Positions 1 to 7,637 of a stretch of DNA of 12,093 nt are shown here, in pieces. The stretch is from IMG/VR virus record IMGVR_UViG_2600254977_000008; one strand, 5' to 3'. Origin of the DNA: a virus. Taxonomy: Duplodnaviria; Heunggongvirae; Uroviricota; Caudoviricetes. The translations under genes and the position numbers were made by a program. The stretch's first letter is position 1. Each line of letters starts with the position of its first letter. The notes beneath the pieces are model-generated. The model was not told the DNA's origin. It was given only the letters and a program-made list of their open reading frames with translations, and ran no database searches.

Positions 1-165
1 CTTGTGCGTGTGCCGTTGACATTACAGCGTAAATATCCGGACATTTCACCATCACACCTTGATGTGGTGAAAACTGAAATCGCGAAAGCCTCCAATGTTG
101 CAGCTAAGGCCGGTGAAAACGTGGGCGGGTGGATCGATGATTTCAGACGCACAGAAGGCAGCTAA
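1..165 (+). CDS. nu1: Terminase small subunit (Nu1-like), 3' partial (C-terminal 54 codons)
   Basis: Frame open from the window edge to TAA at 163-165 (...[36 protein letters not shown]). It sits directly upstream of the large terminase and overlaps its start by 29 nt, as Nu1 does with A in lambda. Assigned by position and synteny, not by a search. Confidence 0.7.
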   Translation, partial: LVRVPLTLQRKYPDISPSHLDVVKTEIAKASNVAAKAGENVGGWIDDFRRTEGS

Positions 166-2065
166 TGCAGCCGGTGCGATAGCTACAGGGCTTTTATCTC
201 TCATTATTCCTGTTCCACTGACGACAGTTCAGTGGGCCAATAAACATTATTACCTTCCTAAAGAGTCGTCTTATACCCCGGGGCGGTGGGAAACACTGCC
301 GTTTCAGGTTGGCATCATGAACTGTATGGGCAACGATTTGATTCGCACGGTTAACCTGATTAAATCTGCCCGTGTTGGTTATACAAAGATGTTGCTGGGA
401 GTGGAGGCTTATTTTATTGAGCATAAATCACGCAACAGCCTTCTTTTTCAGCCCACGGACTCAGCTGCTGAAGATTTTATGAAATCTCATGTTGAGCCAA
501 CGATAAGGGATGTTCCTGCATTGCTGGAGCTGGCTCCATGGTTCGGAAGAAAACACCGCGATAATACGCTCACCCTGAAGCGTTTTTCCTCCGGTGTGGG
601 TTTCTGGTGTCTGGGGGGAGCGGCAGCAAAAAACTACCGTGAAAAATCCGTGGATGTGGTTTGTTATGACGAGCTTTCCTCGTTCGAACCGGATGTTGAA
701 AAAGAGGGTTCGCCAACCCTGCTGGGGGATAAACGTATTGAGGGCTCTGTATGGCCAAAATCCATTCGCGGCTCGACGCCTAAAATCAAAGGCTCCTGCC
801 AGATCGAAAAAGCCGCTAACGAGTCGGCACATTTCATGCGTTTTTATGTGCCCTGTCCGCACTGTGGGGAGGAGCAGTATCTGAAATTTGGCGATGATGC
901 CTCGCCTTTCGGTCTTAAGTGGGAGAAGAATAAGCCAGAAAGTGTTTTCTACCTTTGTGAGCATCATGGCTGTGTGATCCATCAGTCTGAGCTTGACCAG
1001 AGTAACGGGCGGTGGATCTGTGAAAACACGGGCATGTGGACTCGTGACGGTCTGACATTTTTCAGCGCCGCGGATAATGAAATTCCGCCGCCGCGCTCCA
1101 TCACATTCCATATCTGGACGGCGTACAGTCCGTTCACCACCTGGGTACAGATTGTCTATGACTGGCTGGATGCACTGAAAGATCCCAACGGCCTGAAAAC
1201 CTTTGTGAACACCACGCTGGGCGAGACCTGGGAAGAGGCCGTGGGCGAAAAACTCGATCACCAGGTGCTGATGGATAAGGTTGTGCGTTACACGGCTGCG
1301 GTGCCTTCCCGGGTGGTTTATCTGACGGCGGGCATTGACTCGCAGCGAAACCGTTTTGAGATGTATGTCTGGGGATGGGCTCCGGGAGAGGAAGCCTTTC
1401 TGGTGGATAAAATCATCATTATGGGGCGTCCCGATGAGGAAGAGACGCTGTTACGTGTGGATGTGGCGATCAACAAAAAATACCGCCATGCAGACGGAAC
1501 CGAAATGACCATTTCCCGTGTCTGCTGGGACACCGGGGGGATCGATGGCGAAATTGTCTATCAGAGGTCAAAAAAACACGGTGTTTTCCGGGTGCTGCCG
1601 GTAAAAGGTGCATCTGTTTATGGCAAGCCGGTGATCACCATGCCAAAAACCCGCAATCAGCGGGGCGTGTATCTGTGCGAAGTGGGGACGGACACCGCAA
1701 AAGAAATTCTCTATGCCCGTATGAAAGCCGATCCCACGCCTGCGGATGAAGCCACGTCGTATGCCATCCGTTTTCCTGATGATCCGGAGATTTTTTCGCA
1801 GACAGAGGCGCAGCAACTGGTGGCGGAAGAGCTTGTGGAGAAGTGGGAAAAAGGAAAGATGCGTCTGCTGTGGGATAACAAAAAGCGGCGTAACGAAGCG
1901 CTGGACTGCCTGGTGTATGCCTACGCGGCATTACGTGTGTCCGTGCAACGCTGGCAGCTTGATCTGGCTGTACTGGCAAAATCCCGGGAAGAAGAGACGA
2001 CCCGGCCAACCCTTAAAGAACTGGCAGCGAAGCTGTCCGGAGGAGTGAATGGTTACAGTCGCTGA
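137..2065 (+). CDS. A: Terminase large subunit (lambda gpA-like)
   Basis: 642-codon ORF with ATG at 137 and TGA at 2063-2065. Collinear with lambda gpA along its full length, with conserved blocks such as [16 protein letters not shown], the Walker-A-like KSARVGYT at nt 362-385 (the same residues 76-83 as in lambda), [74 protein letters not shown] and RRNEALDC. The ORF track starts at 95, but the ATG at 137 gives the lambda-like N-terminal length. Confidence 0.95.
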   Translation: MISDAQKAANAAGAIATGLLSLIIPVPLTTVQWANKHYYLPKESSYTPGRWETLPFQVGIMNCMGNDLIRTVNLIKSARVGYTKMLLGVEAYFIEHKSRNSLLFQPTDSAAEDFMKSHVEPTIRDVPALLELAPWFGRKHRDNTLTLKRFSSGVGFWCLGGAAAKNYREKSVDVVCYDELSSFEPDVEKEGSPTLLGDKRIEGSVWPKSIRGSTPKIKGSCQIEKAANESAHFMRFYVPCPHCGEEQYLKFGDDASPFGLKWEKNKPESVFYLCEHHGCVIHQSELDQSNGRWICENTGMWTRDGLTFFSAADNEIPPPRSITFHIWTAYSPFTTWVQIVYDWLDALKDPNGLKTFVNTTLGETWEEAVGEKLDHQVLMDKVVRYTAAVPSRVVYLTAGIDSQRNRFEMYVWGWAPGEEAFLVDKIIIMGRPDEEETLLRVDVAINKKYRHADGTEMTISRVCWDTGGIDGEIVYQRSKKHGVFRVLPVKGASVYGKPVITMPKTRNQRGVYLCEVGTDTAKEILYARMKADPTPADEATSYAIRFPDDPEIFSQTEAQQLVAEELVEKWEKGKMRLLWDNKKRRNEALDCLVYAYAALRVSVQRWQLDLAVLAKSREEETTRPTLKELAAKLSGGVNGYSR

Positions 2066-2255
2066 ACTGCAGGCGCTGCGTCAGGCGCGCCTTGATTTAT
2101 TAACCGGTAAACGGGTGGTGTCTGTCCAGAAAGATGGTCGCAGAATTGAATATACGGCGGCTTCTCTGGATGAGCTTAACCGGGCGATCAATGATGCGGA
2201 GTCGGTACTGGGGACAACCCGGTGTCGCCGTCGTCCGCTGGGAGTGAGGTTATGA
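2049..2255 (+). CDS. W: Head completion / head-tail joining protein (lambda gpW-like)
   Basis: 68-aa ORF, the same length as lambda gpW, with the conserved core LLTGKRVVSVQKDGRRIEYTAASLDEL. GGAGGAG lies just upstream of the ATG at 2049. It overlaps the end of A by 17 nt, and its stop overlaps the B start (ATGA). Confidence 0.9.
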   Translation: MVTVAELQALRQARLDLLTGKRVVSVQKDGRRIEYTAASLDELNRAINDAESVLGTTRCRRRPLGVRL

Positions 2256-3876
2256 AACGAACGCCTGTCCTGATTGATGTGAACGGCGTTCCGCTTCGTG
2301 AGAGTCTCAGCTACAACGGGGGCGGTGCAGGATTTGGCGGGCAAATGGCTGAGTGGTTGCCACCGGCGCAGAGTGCCGATGCGGCCCTGCTGCCCGCGTT
2401 GCGTCTGGGGAATGCCCGGGCAGATGATCTGGTGCGCAATAACGGAATAGCGGCTAATGCGGTGGCTCTGCATAAGGATCACATTGTCGGGCATATGTTT
2501 CTGATCAGCTACCGTCCGAACTGGCGCTGGCTGGGGATGCGGGAGACCGCAGCAAAAAGCTTTGTCGATGAGGTGGAGGCGGCCTGGTCGGAATACGCCG
2601 AAGGGATGTTTGGCGAGATCGANNNNNNNNNNNNNNNNNNNNNNNNNNNNNNNNNNNNNNNNNNNNNNNNNNNNNNNNNNNNNNNNNNNNNNNNNNNNNN
2701 NNNNNNNNNNNNNNNNNNNNNNNNNNNNNNNNNNNNNNNNNNNNNNNNNNNNNAACCACGCAGTTATTCCGTACGCGTTTTAAAGCCGTGAGTCCGAAAC
2801 GGGTGGACACGCCTGGACACGGTATGGGGAACCGTTTTCTGCGGGCCGGTGTGGAGGTCGATCGATATGGCCGTGCCGTCGCGTACCATATCTGTGAGGA
2901 TGATTTTCCGTTCTCTGGTAGTGGACGATGGGAACGGATCCCGCGTGAACTTCCCACCGGGCGTCCGGCCATGCTGCATATTTTCGAGCCGGTGGAGGAC
3001 GGGCAGACCCGTGGGGCTAATCAGTTTTACAGCGTCATGGAACGGCTGAAGATGCTCGATTCCCTGCAGGCAACACAGCTTCAGTCGGCCATAGTGAAGG
3101 CGATGTATGCAGCGACGATTGAAAGTGAACTTGATACCGAAAAGGCCTTTGAATATATCGCCGGCGCGCCACAGGAGCAGAAGGATAATCCGCTTATTAA
3201 TATTCTGGAGAAGTTTTCCAGCTGGTATGACACGAATAACGTGACACTGGGCGGTGTCAAAATTCCGCACCTTTTCCCTGGTGATGATCTGAAACTACAG
3301 ACTGCGCAGGATTCAGACAATGGATTTTCTGCGCTTGAACAGGCGCTGCTGCGGTATATCGCCGCCGGTCTTGGCGTTTCCTACGAACAGTTGTCCCGTG
3401 ATTACTCGAAGGTCAGTTACTCAAGTGCCCGCGCCTCCGCCAATGAGTCGTGGCGCTATTTTATGGGGCGGCGAAAATTTATTGCGGCCCGGCTGGCCAC
3501 GCAGATGTTTTCCTGCTGGCTGGAAGAGGCACTTCTTCGGGGGATTATTCGTCCGCCACGGGCACGTTTTGATTTTTATCAGGCGCGATCAGCCTGGTCA
3601 CGGGCAGAGTGGATTGGTGCCGGAAGAATGGCCATTGACGGGCTCAAGGAAGTCCAGGAATCAGTGATGCGCATTGAGGCCGGACTGAGCACGTATGAGA
3701 AAGAGCTGGCGCTGATGGGCGAGGATTATCAGGACATTTTCCGCCAGCAGGTCAGGGAATCTGCTGAGCGGCAAAAAGCCGGACTCTCACGTCCGGTGTG
3801 GATAGAGCAGGCGTATCAGCAGCAGATAGCGGAGAGTCGTAGGCCGGAAGAGGAGACAACACCACGTGAGACGTAA
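2252..3876 (+). CDS. B: Portal protein (lambda gpB-like), interrupted by a 131-nt N-run at 2623-2753
   Basis: ATG at 2252 preceded by GGAGTGAGG, then MKRTPVLIDVNGVPL...YNGGGAGFGGQ...LLPALRLGNARADDLVRNNG matching the lambda gpB N-terminus. After the gap: ...LFRTRFKAVSPKR...IPRELPTGRPAMLHIFEPVEDGQTRGANQFYSVME...LQSAIVKAMYAATIESELDT...LLRYIAAGLGVSYEQLSR...ARSAWSRAEWIGAGRMAIDGLKEVQE...GLSTYEKE, ending at TAA 3874-3876. Segments upstream and downstream of the N-run are in different frames (start positions 2252 versus 2755). Confidence 0.9.
2623..2753. other. Run of 131 N (masked or unsequenced gap) inside the portal gene
   Basis: Counted directly from the sequence. The flanking B-homologous frames are offset by one base relative to a 131-nt gap. 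Confidence 0.99.
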
Positions 3877-5371
3877 TCTTTCACACATTATTGCCGCAGC
3901 ATTCAATGAACCGCTGCTTCTGGAGCCCGCCTATGCGCGGGTTTTCTTTTGCGCGCTCGGGCGCGAGATGGGGGCAGCAAGTCTTTCGGTACCACAACAG
4001 CAGGTACAGTTTGATGCTCCCGGAATGCTGGCTGAAACGGACGAGTACATGGCCGGAGGTAAACGACCGGCCCGTGTTTACCGGGTGGTGAACGGTATTG
4101 CTGTACTGCCGGTGACCGGCACGCTGGTGCACCGGCTGGGTGGTATGCGGCCATTTTCCGGAATGACAGGCTATGACGGCATTGTCGCCTGTCTTCAGCA
4201 GGCAATGGCGGATAGCCAGGTGCGGGGCGTACTGCTGGACATTGACAGTCCGGGCGGGCAGGCCGCCGGCGCGTTTGACTGCGCTGACATGATTTACCGC
4301 CTCCGTCAGCAGAAGCCGGTCTGGGCACTGTGCAATGACACGGCCTGTTCTGCAGCCATGCTGCTGGCGTCGGCCTGCTCCCGACGGCTGGTTACCCAGA
4401 CATCCCGTATCGGCTCCATTGGCGTGATGATGAGCCATGTCAGCTATGCCGGTCATCTGGCGCAGGCCGGTGTGGATATCACGCTGATTTACTCAGGGGC
4501 GCACAAGGTGGATGGCAATCAGTTTGAAGCGTTGCCGGCAGAGGTTCGCCAGGACATGCAGCAGCGGATTGATGCGGCGCGCCGGATGTTTGCCGAAAAA
4601 GTGGCGATGTTTACCGGTCTGTCTGTTGATGCAGTCACGGGAACAGAGGCCGCTGTTTTTGAAGGTCAGTCCGGCATTGAGGCCGGGCTGGCGGATGAAT
4701 TAATCAATGCGTCGGATGCCATCAGTGTGATGGCCACGGCGCTGAACAGTAATGTCAGAGGAGGCACTATGCCGCAATTAACTGCAACGGAAGCCGCCGT
4801 GCAGGAGAACCAGCGAGTGATGGGGATCCTGACATGCCAGGAAGCGAAAGGACGTGAACAGCTTGCCACGATGCTGGCAGGGCAACAGGGCATGAGCGTT
4901 GAACAGGCCCGGGCGATTCTGGCCGCGGCGGCACCGCAGCAGCCGGTGGCATCCGCGCAGAGTGAAGCCGATCGCATTATGGCGTGTGAAGAAGCGAACG
5001 GTCGTGAACAACTGGCGGCAACGCTGGCGGCGATGCCGGAGATGACGGTGGAAAAAGCCCGCCCGATCCTGGCGGCTGCACCACTGGCGGATGCCGGGCC
5101 CTCGCTTCGTGATCAGATCATGGCCCTGGATGAGGCAAAAGGGGCAGAAGCGCAGGCTGAAAAACTGGCGGCCTGCCCGGGAATGACCGTGGAGAACGCC
5201 CGGGCTGTGCTGGCTGCGGGATCAGGTAAGGCCGAACCGGTCTCTGCATCCACAACCGCCCTGTTTGAACATTTCATGGCGAATCATTCACCGGCAGCGG
5301 TGCGGGGTGGCGTGTCACAGACGTCAGCAGACGGTGATGCGGACGTGAAAATGCTCATGGCCATGCCATGA
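3866..5371 (+). CDS. C: Prohead protease / minor capsid protein C (lambda gpC-like, S49 SppA-type serine protease fold) with a C-terminal scaffold-like repeat region
   Basis: 501-aa ORF whose only feasible start is GTG at 3866, just after an in-frame TAG at 3827-3829, with GAGGAGA 10 nt upstream. Conserved with lambda gpC: AFNEPLLLEPAYARVFFCAL, NGIAVLPVTGTLV, SGMTGYDGI, DSPGGQAAGAFDCAD, KPVWALCNDTACSAAMLLASACSRRLVTQTSRIGSIGVMM, GVDITLIYSGAHKVDGN, FTGLSV. Overlaps the B stop by 11 nt. Confidence 0.9.
   Translation: MRRNLSHIIAAAFNEPLLLEPAYARVFFCALGREMGAASLSVPQQQVQFDAPGMLAETDEYMAGGKRPARVYRVVNGIAVLPVTGTLVHRLGGMRPFSGMTGYDGIVACLQQAMADSQVRGVLLDIDSPGGQAAGAFDCADMIYRLRQQKPVWALCNDTACSAAMLLASACSRRLVTQTSRIGSIGVMMSHVSYAGHLAQAGVDITLIYSGAHKVDGNQFEALPAEVRQDMQQRIDAARRMFAEKVAMFTGLSVDAVTGTEAAVFEGQSGIEAGLADELINASDAISVMATALNSNVRGGTMPQLTATEAAVQENQRVMGILTCQEAKGREQLATMLAGQQGMSVEQARAILAAAAPQQPVASAQSEADRIMACEEANGREQLAATLAAMPEMTVEKARPILAAAPLADAGPSLRDQIMALDEAKGAEAQAEKLAACPGMTVENARAVLAAGSGKAEPVSASTTALFEHFMANHSPAAVRGGVSQTSADGDADVKMLMAMP
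4556..5371 (+). CDS. nu3: Possible nested in-frame scaffolding protein (Nu3-like) sharing the 3' end of C
   Basis: In lambda, Nu3 is translated from an internal in-frame start within C. Here an in-frame ATG at 4556 (MQQRIDAARRMFAEKV...) has GAGG 11 nt upstream and falls within a few codons of where I recall the lambda Nu3 start aligning. A second in-frame ATG at 4586 has no obvious SD. The exact start is unverified. Confidence 0.35.
   Translation: MQQRIDAARRMFAEKVAMFTGLSVDAVTGTEAAVFEGQSGIEAGLADELINASDAISVMATALNSNVRGGTMPQLTATEAAVQENQRVMGILTCQEAKGREQLATMLAGQQGMSVEQARAILAAAAPQQPVASAQSEADRIMACEEANGREQLAATLAAMPEMTVEKARPILAAAPLADAGPSLRDQIMALDEAKGAEAQAEKLAACPGMTVENARAVLAAGSGKAEPVSASTTALFEHFMANHSPAAVRGGVSQTSADGDADVKMLMAMP
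4814..5233 (+). repeat. Three tandem in-frame copies of a roughly 40-codon motif in the 3' part of C / Nu3
   Basis: Unit 1 (4814-4942) RVMGILTCQEAKGREQLATMLAGQQGMSVEQARAILAAAAPQQ. Unit 2 (4973-5092) RIMACEEANGREQLAATLAAMPEMTVEKARPILAAAPLAD. Unit 3 (5114-5233) QIMALDEAKGAEAQAEKLAACPGMTVENARAVLAAGSGKA. Similarity is also visible at the nucleotide level, for example gaagcgaaaggacgtgaacagcttgcc versus gaagcgaacggtcgtgaacaactggcg. Confidence 0.8.
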
Positions 5372-5407
5372 AGTCAGTGCTGACCATCAATATGAGGTTT
5401 TAACAAA

Positions 5408-5755
5408 ATGGTGACGAAAACCATCACTGAACAGCGTGCGGAAGTACGTATTTTTGCCGGTAATGATCCGGCTCATACCGCCACAGGCAGCAGCGGGATT
5501 TCTTCTGCAACACCGGCTCTGACGCCCCTGATGCTGGATGAAGCCACCGGGAAACTGGTGGTCTGGGATGGACAGAAAGCCGGTAGTGCGGTTGGCATAC
5601 TGGTACTGCCGCTTGAAGGCACAGAGACGGTGCTGACCTATTACAAGTCGGGGACCTTTGCGACGGAGGCAATCCGCTGGCCTGACAGTGTGGATGAACA
5701 CAAAAAGGCAAATGCCTTTGCCGGCACAGCCCTGAGTCACGCGGCTCTGCCGTAA
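5408..5755 (+). CDS. D: Head decoration protein (lambda gpD-like)
   Basis: 115-aa ORF with GAGG about 10 nt upstream of ATG 5408. Conserved motifs NDPAHTAT, TPLMLD, KLVVWDG, AVGIL, YYKSGTF and AFAGTA. Confidence 0.9.
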   Translation: MVTKTITEQRAEVRIFAGNDPAHTATGSSGISSATPALTPLMLDEATGKLVVWDGQKAGSAVGILVLPLEGTETVLTYYKSGTFATEAIRWPDSVDEHKKANAFAGTALSHAALP

Positions 5756-5762
5756 CACGTTA

Positions 5763-5784
5763 TCAGGCCACCATGGTGGCCTGA
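5763..5784. repeat. Perfect 22-bp palindrome TCAGGCCACCATGGTGGCCTGA in the D-E intergenic region (potential RNA hairpin or protein-binding site)
   Basis: Every position pairs with its mirror position (checked base by base). It lies 8 nt after the D stop and 29 nt before the E start. As RNA it would form a stem of about 9 bp with a 4-nt loop. There is no U-tract after it, so it is not a canonical intrinsic terminator. Confidence 0.6.
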
Positions 5785-5812
5785 CTGATTTCTGAATGAA
5801 AGGAACTGATTT

Positions 5813-6841
5813 ATGGGATTGTTTACGACCCGCCAGTTACTCGGTTATACCGAACAAAAAGTGAAATTCCGTGCGCTGTTTCTGGAGCTGTTTTTCCGCC
5901 GTACGGTGAATTTCCACACCGAAGAGGTGATGCTGGACAAAATTACCGGAAAAACGCCGGTGGCGGCCTATGTCTCCCCGATCGTTGAAGGAAAAGTGCT
6001 TCGCCATCGCGGTGGTGAAACCCGCGTGTTACGTCCGGGCTACGTCAAGCCGAAACACGAATTTAATTACCAGCAGGCGGTTGAGCGCCTTCCTGGTGAA
6101 GATCCGGCTCAGCTGAACGACCCGGCCTACCGTCGTCTGCGTATCATTACCGATAACCTCAAACAGGAAGAGCACGCCATTGTCCAGGTGGAAGAAATGC
6201 AGGCGGTGAATGCCGTGCTGTATGGCAAATACACCATGGAAGGGGATCAGTTTGATACTGTCGAGGTGGATTTCGGGCGCTCTGAAGGAAATAACATTGA
6301 GCAGGCTGACGGTAAAAAATGGTCTGAGCAGGACCGTGATACGTTTGATCCGACGCATGATATTGACCTCTACTGCGATCAGGCCAGCGGCCTTGTGAAT
6401 ATCGCCATTATGGACGGTACGGTCTGGCGTCTGCTGAATGGCTTTAAGCTGTTCCGCGAAAAACTGGATACCCGTCGCGGCTCAAATTCACAACTCGAAA
6501 CGGCAGTGAAAGATCTGGGCGCAGTGGTGTCCTTCAAGGGGTATTACGGCGATCTGGCCATTGTGGTGGCGAAAACGTCTTATGTGGCAGAGGACGGTAC
6601 CGAAAAACGTTATCTGCCGGAGGGCATGCTGGTGTTGGGGAATACGGCGGCAGAGGGGATTCGTTGCTATGGTGCCATTAAGGATGCACAGGCGTTGTCT
6701 GAAGGAGTGGTGGCTTCTTCCCGTTACCCGAAACACTGGCTGACCGTGGGCGATCCGTCCTGTGAATTCACCATGACGCAGTCCGCTCCGCTGATGGTGC
6801 TGCCGGATCCGGATGAGTTTGTGGTGGTACAGGTGAAATAA
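5813..6841 (+). CDS. E: Major capsid protein (lambda gpE-like)
   Basis: 342-aa ORF (lambda gpE is about 341 aa). Conserved blocks LFLELFFR, YVSPIV, PGYVKPKHE, DPAYRRLRII, AIVQVEEMQAVNAVLYGKYTM, EKLDTRRGSNSQLETAVKDLG, YGDLAIVV, MVLGNT, RYPKHWLTVGDPSCEFTMTQSAPLMVLPDPDEFV. Stop TAA at 6839-6841. Confidence 0.95.
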   Translation: MGLFTTRQLLGYTEQKVKFRALFLELFFRRTVNFHTEEVMLDKITGKTPVAAYVSPIVEGKVLRHRGGETRVLRPGYVKPKHEFNYQQAVERLPGEDPAQLNDPAYRRLRIITDNLKQEEHAIVQVEEMQAVNAVLYGKYTMEGDQFDTVEVDFGRSEGNNIEQADGKKWSEQDRDTFDPTHDIDLYCDQASGLVNIAIMDGTVWRLLNGFKLFREKLDTRRGSNSQLETAVKDLGAVVSFKGYYGDLAIVVAKTSYVAEDGTEKRYLPEGMLVLGNTAAEGIRCYGAIKDAQALSEGVVASSRYPKHWLTVGDPSCEFTMTQSAPLMVLPDPDEFVVVQVK

Positions 6842-6848
6842 TCCGTGA

Positions 6849-6879
6849 GCGGGGGCGAAATGCCCCCGTGTCTTTTTTC
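6849..6879 (+). terminator. Rho-independent terminator-like hairpin just downstream of the major capsid gene (likely a partial or attenuating terminator inside the late operon)
   Basis: GC-rich stem CGGGGGC (6850-6856) pairs with GCCCCCG (6862-6868) around the loop GAAAT, followed by TCTTTTTT (6871-6878). It begins 8 nt after the E stop and ends 14 nt before the FI start codon. Confidence 0.6.
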
Positions 6880-6892
6880 ACAGGAGGCTGAG

Positions 6893-7276
6893 ATGGCAAC
6901 AAAAGAAGAAAATCTGAATCGTCTTCGTCAACTGGCTGACCTGCTGGGGCGCGAGGCGGATATGTCGGGGAGTGCTGCGGATATTGCTCAACGTGTGTCT
7001 GAGTGGGAAGAGGAGCTTGCTGTTTCCCCGGAGGGCATTATGCACTCTGATGAGAGCGGGGCTGATCAAAATCACACAGACGATGGTGAGCAGTTGAACA
7101 ACACGGATGCTCCGGATGATGTTAAAGCCGTCCGGGTACGGAAGTGCCTGCAAGTAATGGGGTATTGCCCGGAGACAGGTCGTCCCGTTGAGCTGGCGTT
7201 ACGGGGTATGCGTGTTCTGGTGCCATCATCACTGGCAACGGCCATGATACAGCACGGAACGGCTGAATATGCGTGA
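6893..7276 (+). CDS. FI: DNA packaging / head assembly accessory protein (lambda gpFI-like)
   Basis: ATG at 6893 with a strong AGGAGG 5 nt upstream, immediately after a terminator-like hairpin. Positionally equivalent to lambda FI between E and FII. Charged N-terminal segment (MATKEENLNRLRQLADLL...RVSEWEEEL), a very acidic linker (HSDESGADQNHTDDGEQLNNTDAPDD) and a C-terminal domain. The ORF-track start at GTG 6845 would read through the hairpin and is not favoured. Confidence 0.75.
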   Translation: MATKEENLNRLRQLADLLGREADMSGSAADIAQRVSEWEEELAVSPEGIMHSDESGADQNHTDDGEQLNNTDAPDDVKAVRVRKCLQVMGYCPETGRPVELALRGMRVLVPSSLATAMIQHGTAEYA

Positions 7277-7622
7277 TTTTCAGAATGCCTTTGATGCTGC
7301 CCTCGCCGGGGTAGACAGTACGATCGTTGAAGTGATGGGGCTCTGTGCGCAGTTCACCTCGGGGGCACAGTGTGGCAGCGAAGTTCAGGGGGTTTTTGAT
7401 GATCCGGAGTCGCTGGGGTTTGCCGGTGGCGGGGTCCGTATTGAAGGAAGCAGCCCGTCATTATTTGTGCGGACGGATACGGTTCGTGCCGTGCGGCGTG
7501 GTGACACGCTGACCATTAATGGTGAGATATTCTGGGTGGATCGTGTTTCTCCGGATGACGGGGGCAGCTGTTATCTCTGGCTCAACCGTGGTCAACCACC
7601 CGCAGTTAACCGGCGACGATAA
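7269..7622 (+). CDS. FII: Head-tail connector protein (lambda gpFII-like)
   Basis: 117-aa ORF, the same length as lambda gpFII. Conserved F-NAFDAA, GVFDDPE, GVRIEGSSPSLFVRTD, RRGDTLTI and the C-terminal FWVDRVSPDDGGSCYLWLNRGQPPAVNRRR. Overlaps the FI stop by 8 nt. Confidence 0.95.
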   Translation: MRDFQNAFDAALAGVDSTIVEVMGLCAQFTSGAQCGSEVQGVFDDPESLGFAGGGVRIEGSSPSLFVRTDTVRAVRRGDTLTINGEIFWVDRVSPDDGGSCYLWLNRGQPPAVNRRR

Positions 7623-7637
7623 ACGCAGGGTGAAATT

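Noticed and set aside
95-136. ORF-track start at ATG 95 for the large terminase (14 extra codons)
   Set aside because: Starting at ATG 137 gives an N-terminus of the same length as lambda gpA before the conserved YYLPKE block. The 95 start would lie deep inside Nu1 coding sequence. It is not excluded, but less likely.
1-136. Possible cos site or terminase recognition sequences at the window start
   Set aside because: In lambda, cos lies upstream of the Nu1 start. This window begins inside the 3' end of Nu1, so cos would be outside the window, and I see no cosN-like symmetric element here.
461-1261. 266-aa minus-strand ORF inside the large terminase gene
   Set aside because: It is antisense to the conserved gpA coding region, has no ribosome-binding context that I can see, and has a composition typical of a spurious antisense frame.
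1746-2048. 100-aa + strand ORF in an alternative frame at the 3' end of A, highly basic
   Set aside because: It is embedded out of frame within conserved gpA codons and ends just before W. Its extreme Arg/Lys content looks like a frame artefact, and I see no start context to support an overlapping gene.
2222-2251. Upstream GTG start (2222) for the portal gene
   Set aside because: The ATG at 2252 has an SD (GGAGTGAGG), forms the ATGA overlap with the W stop as in lambda, and gives a lambda-like N-terminus.
6845-6892. ORF-track start (GTG 6845) for the FI-like gene, adding 16 N-terminal codons
   Set aside because: Those codons run through the terminator-like hairpin and T-tract, while a strong AGGAGG followed by ATG sits at 6893, and the lambda-like N-terminus begins there.
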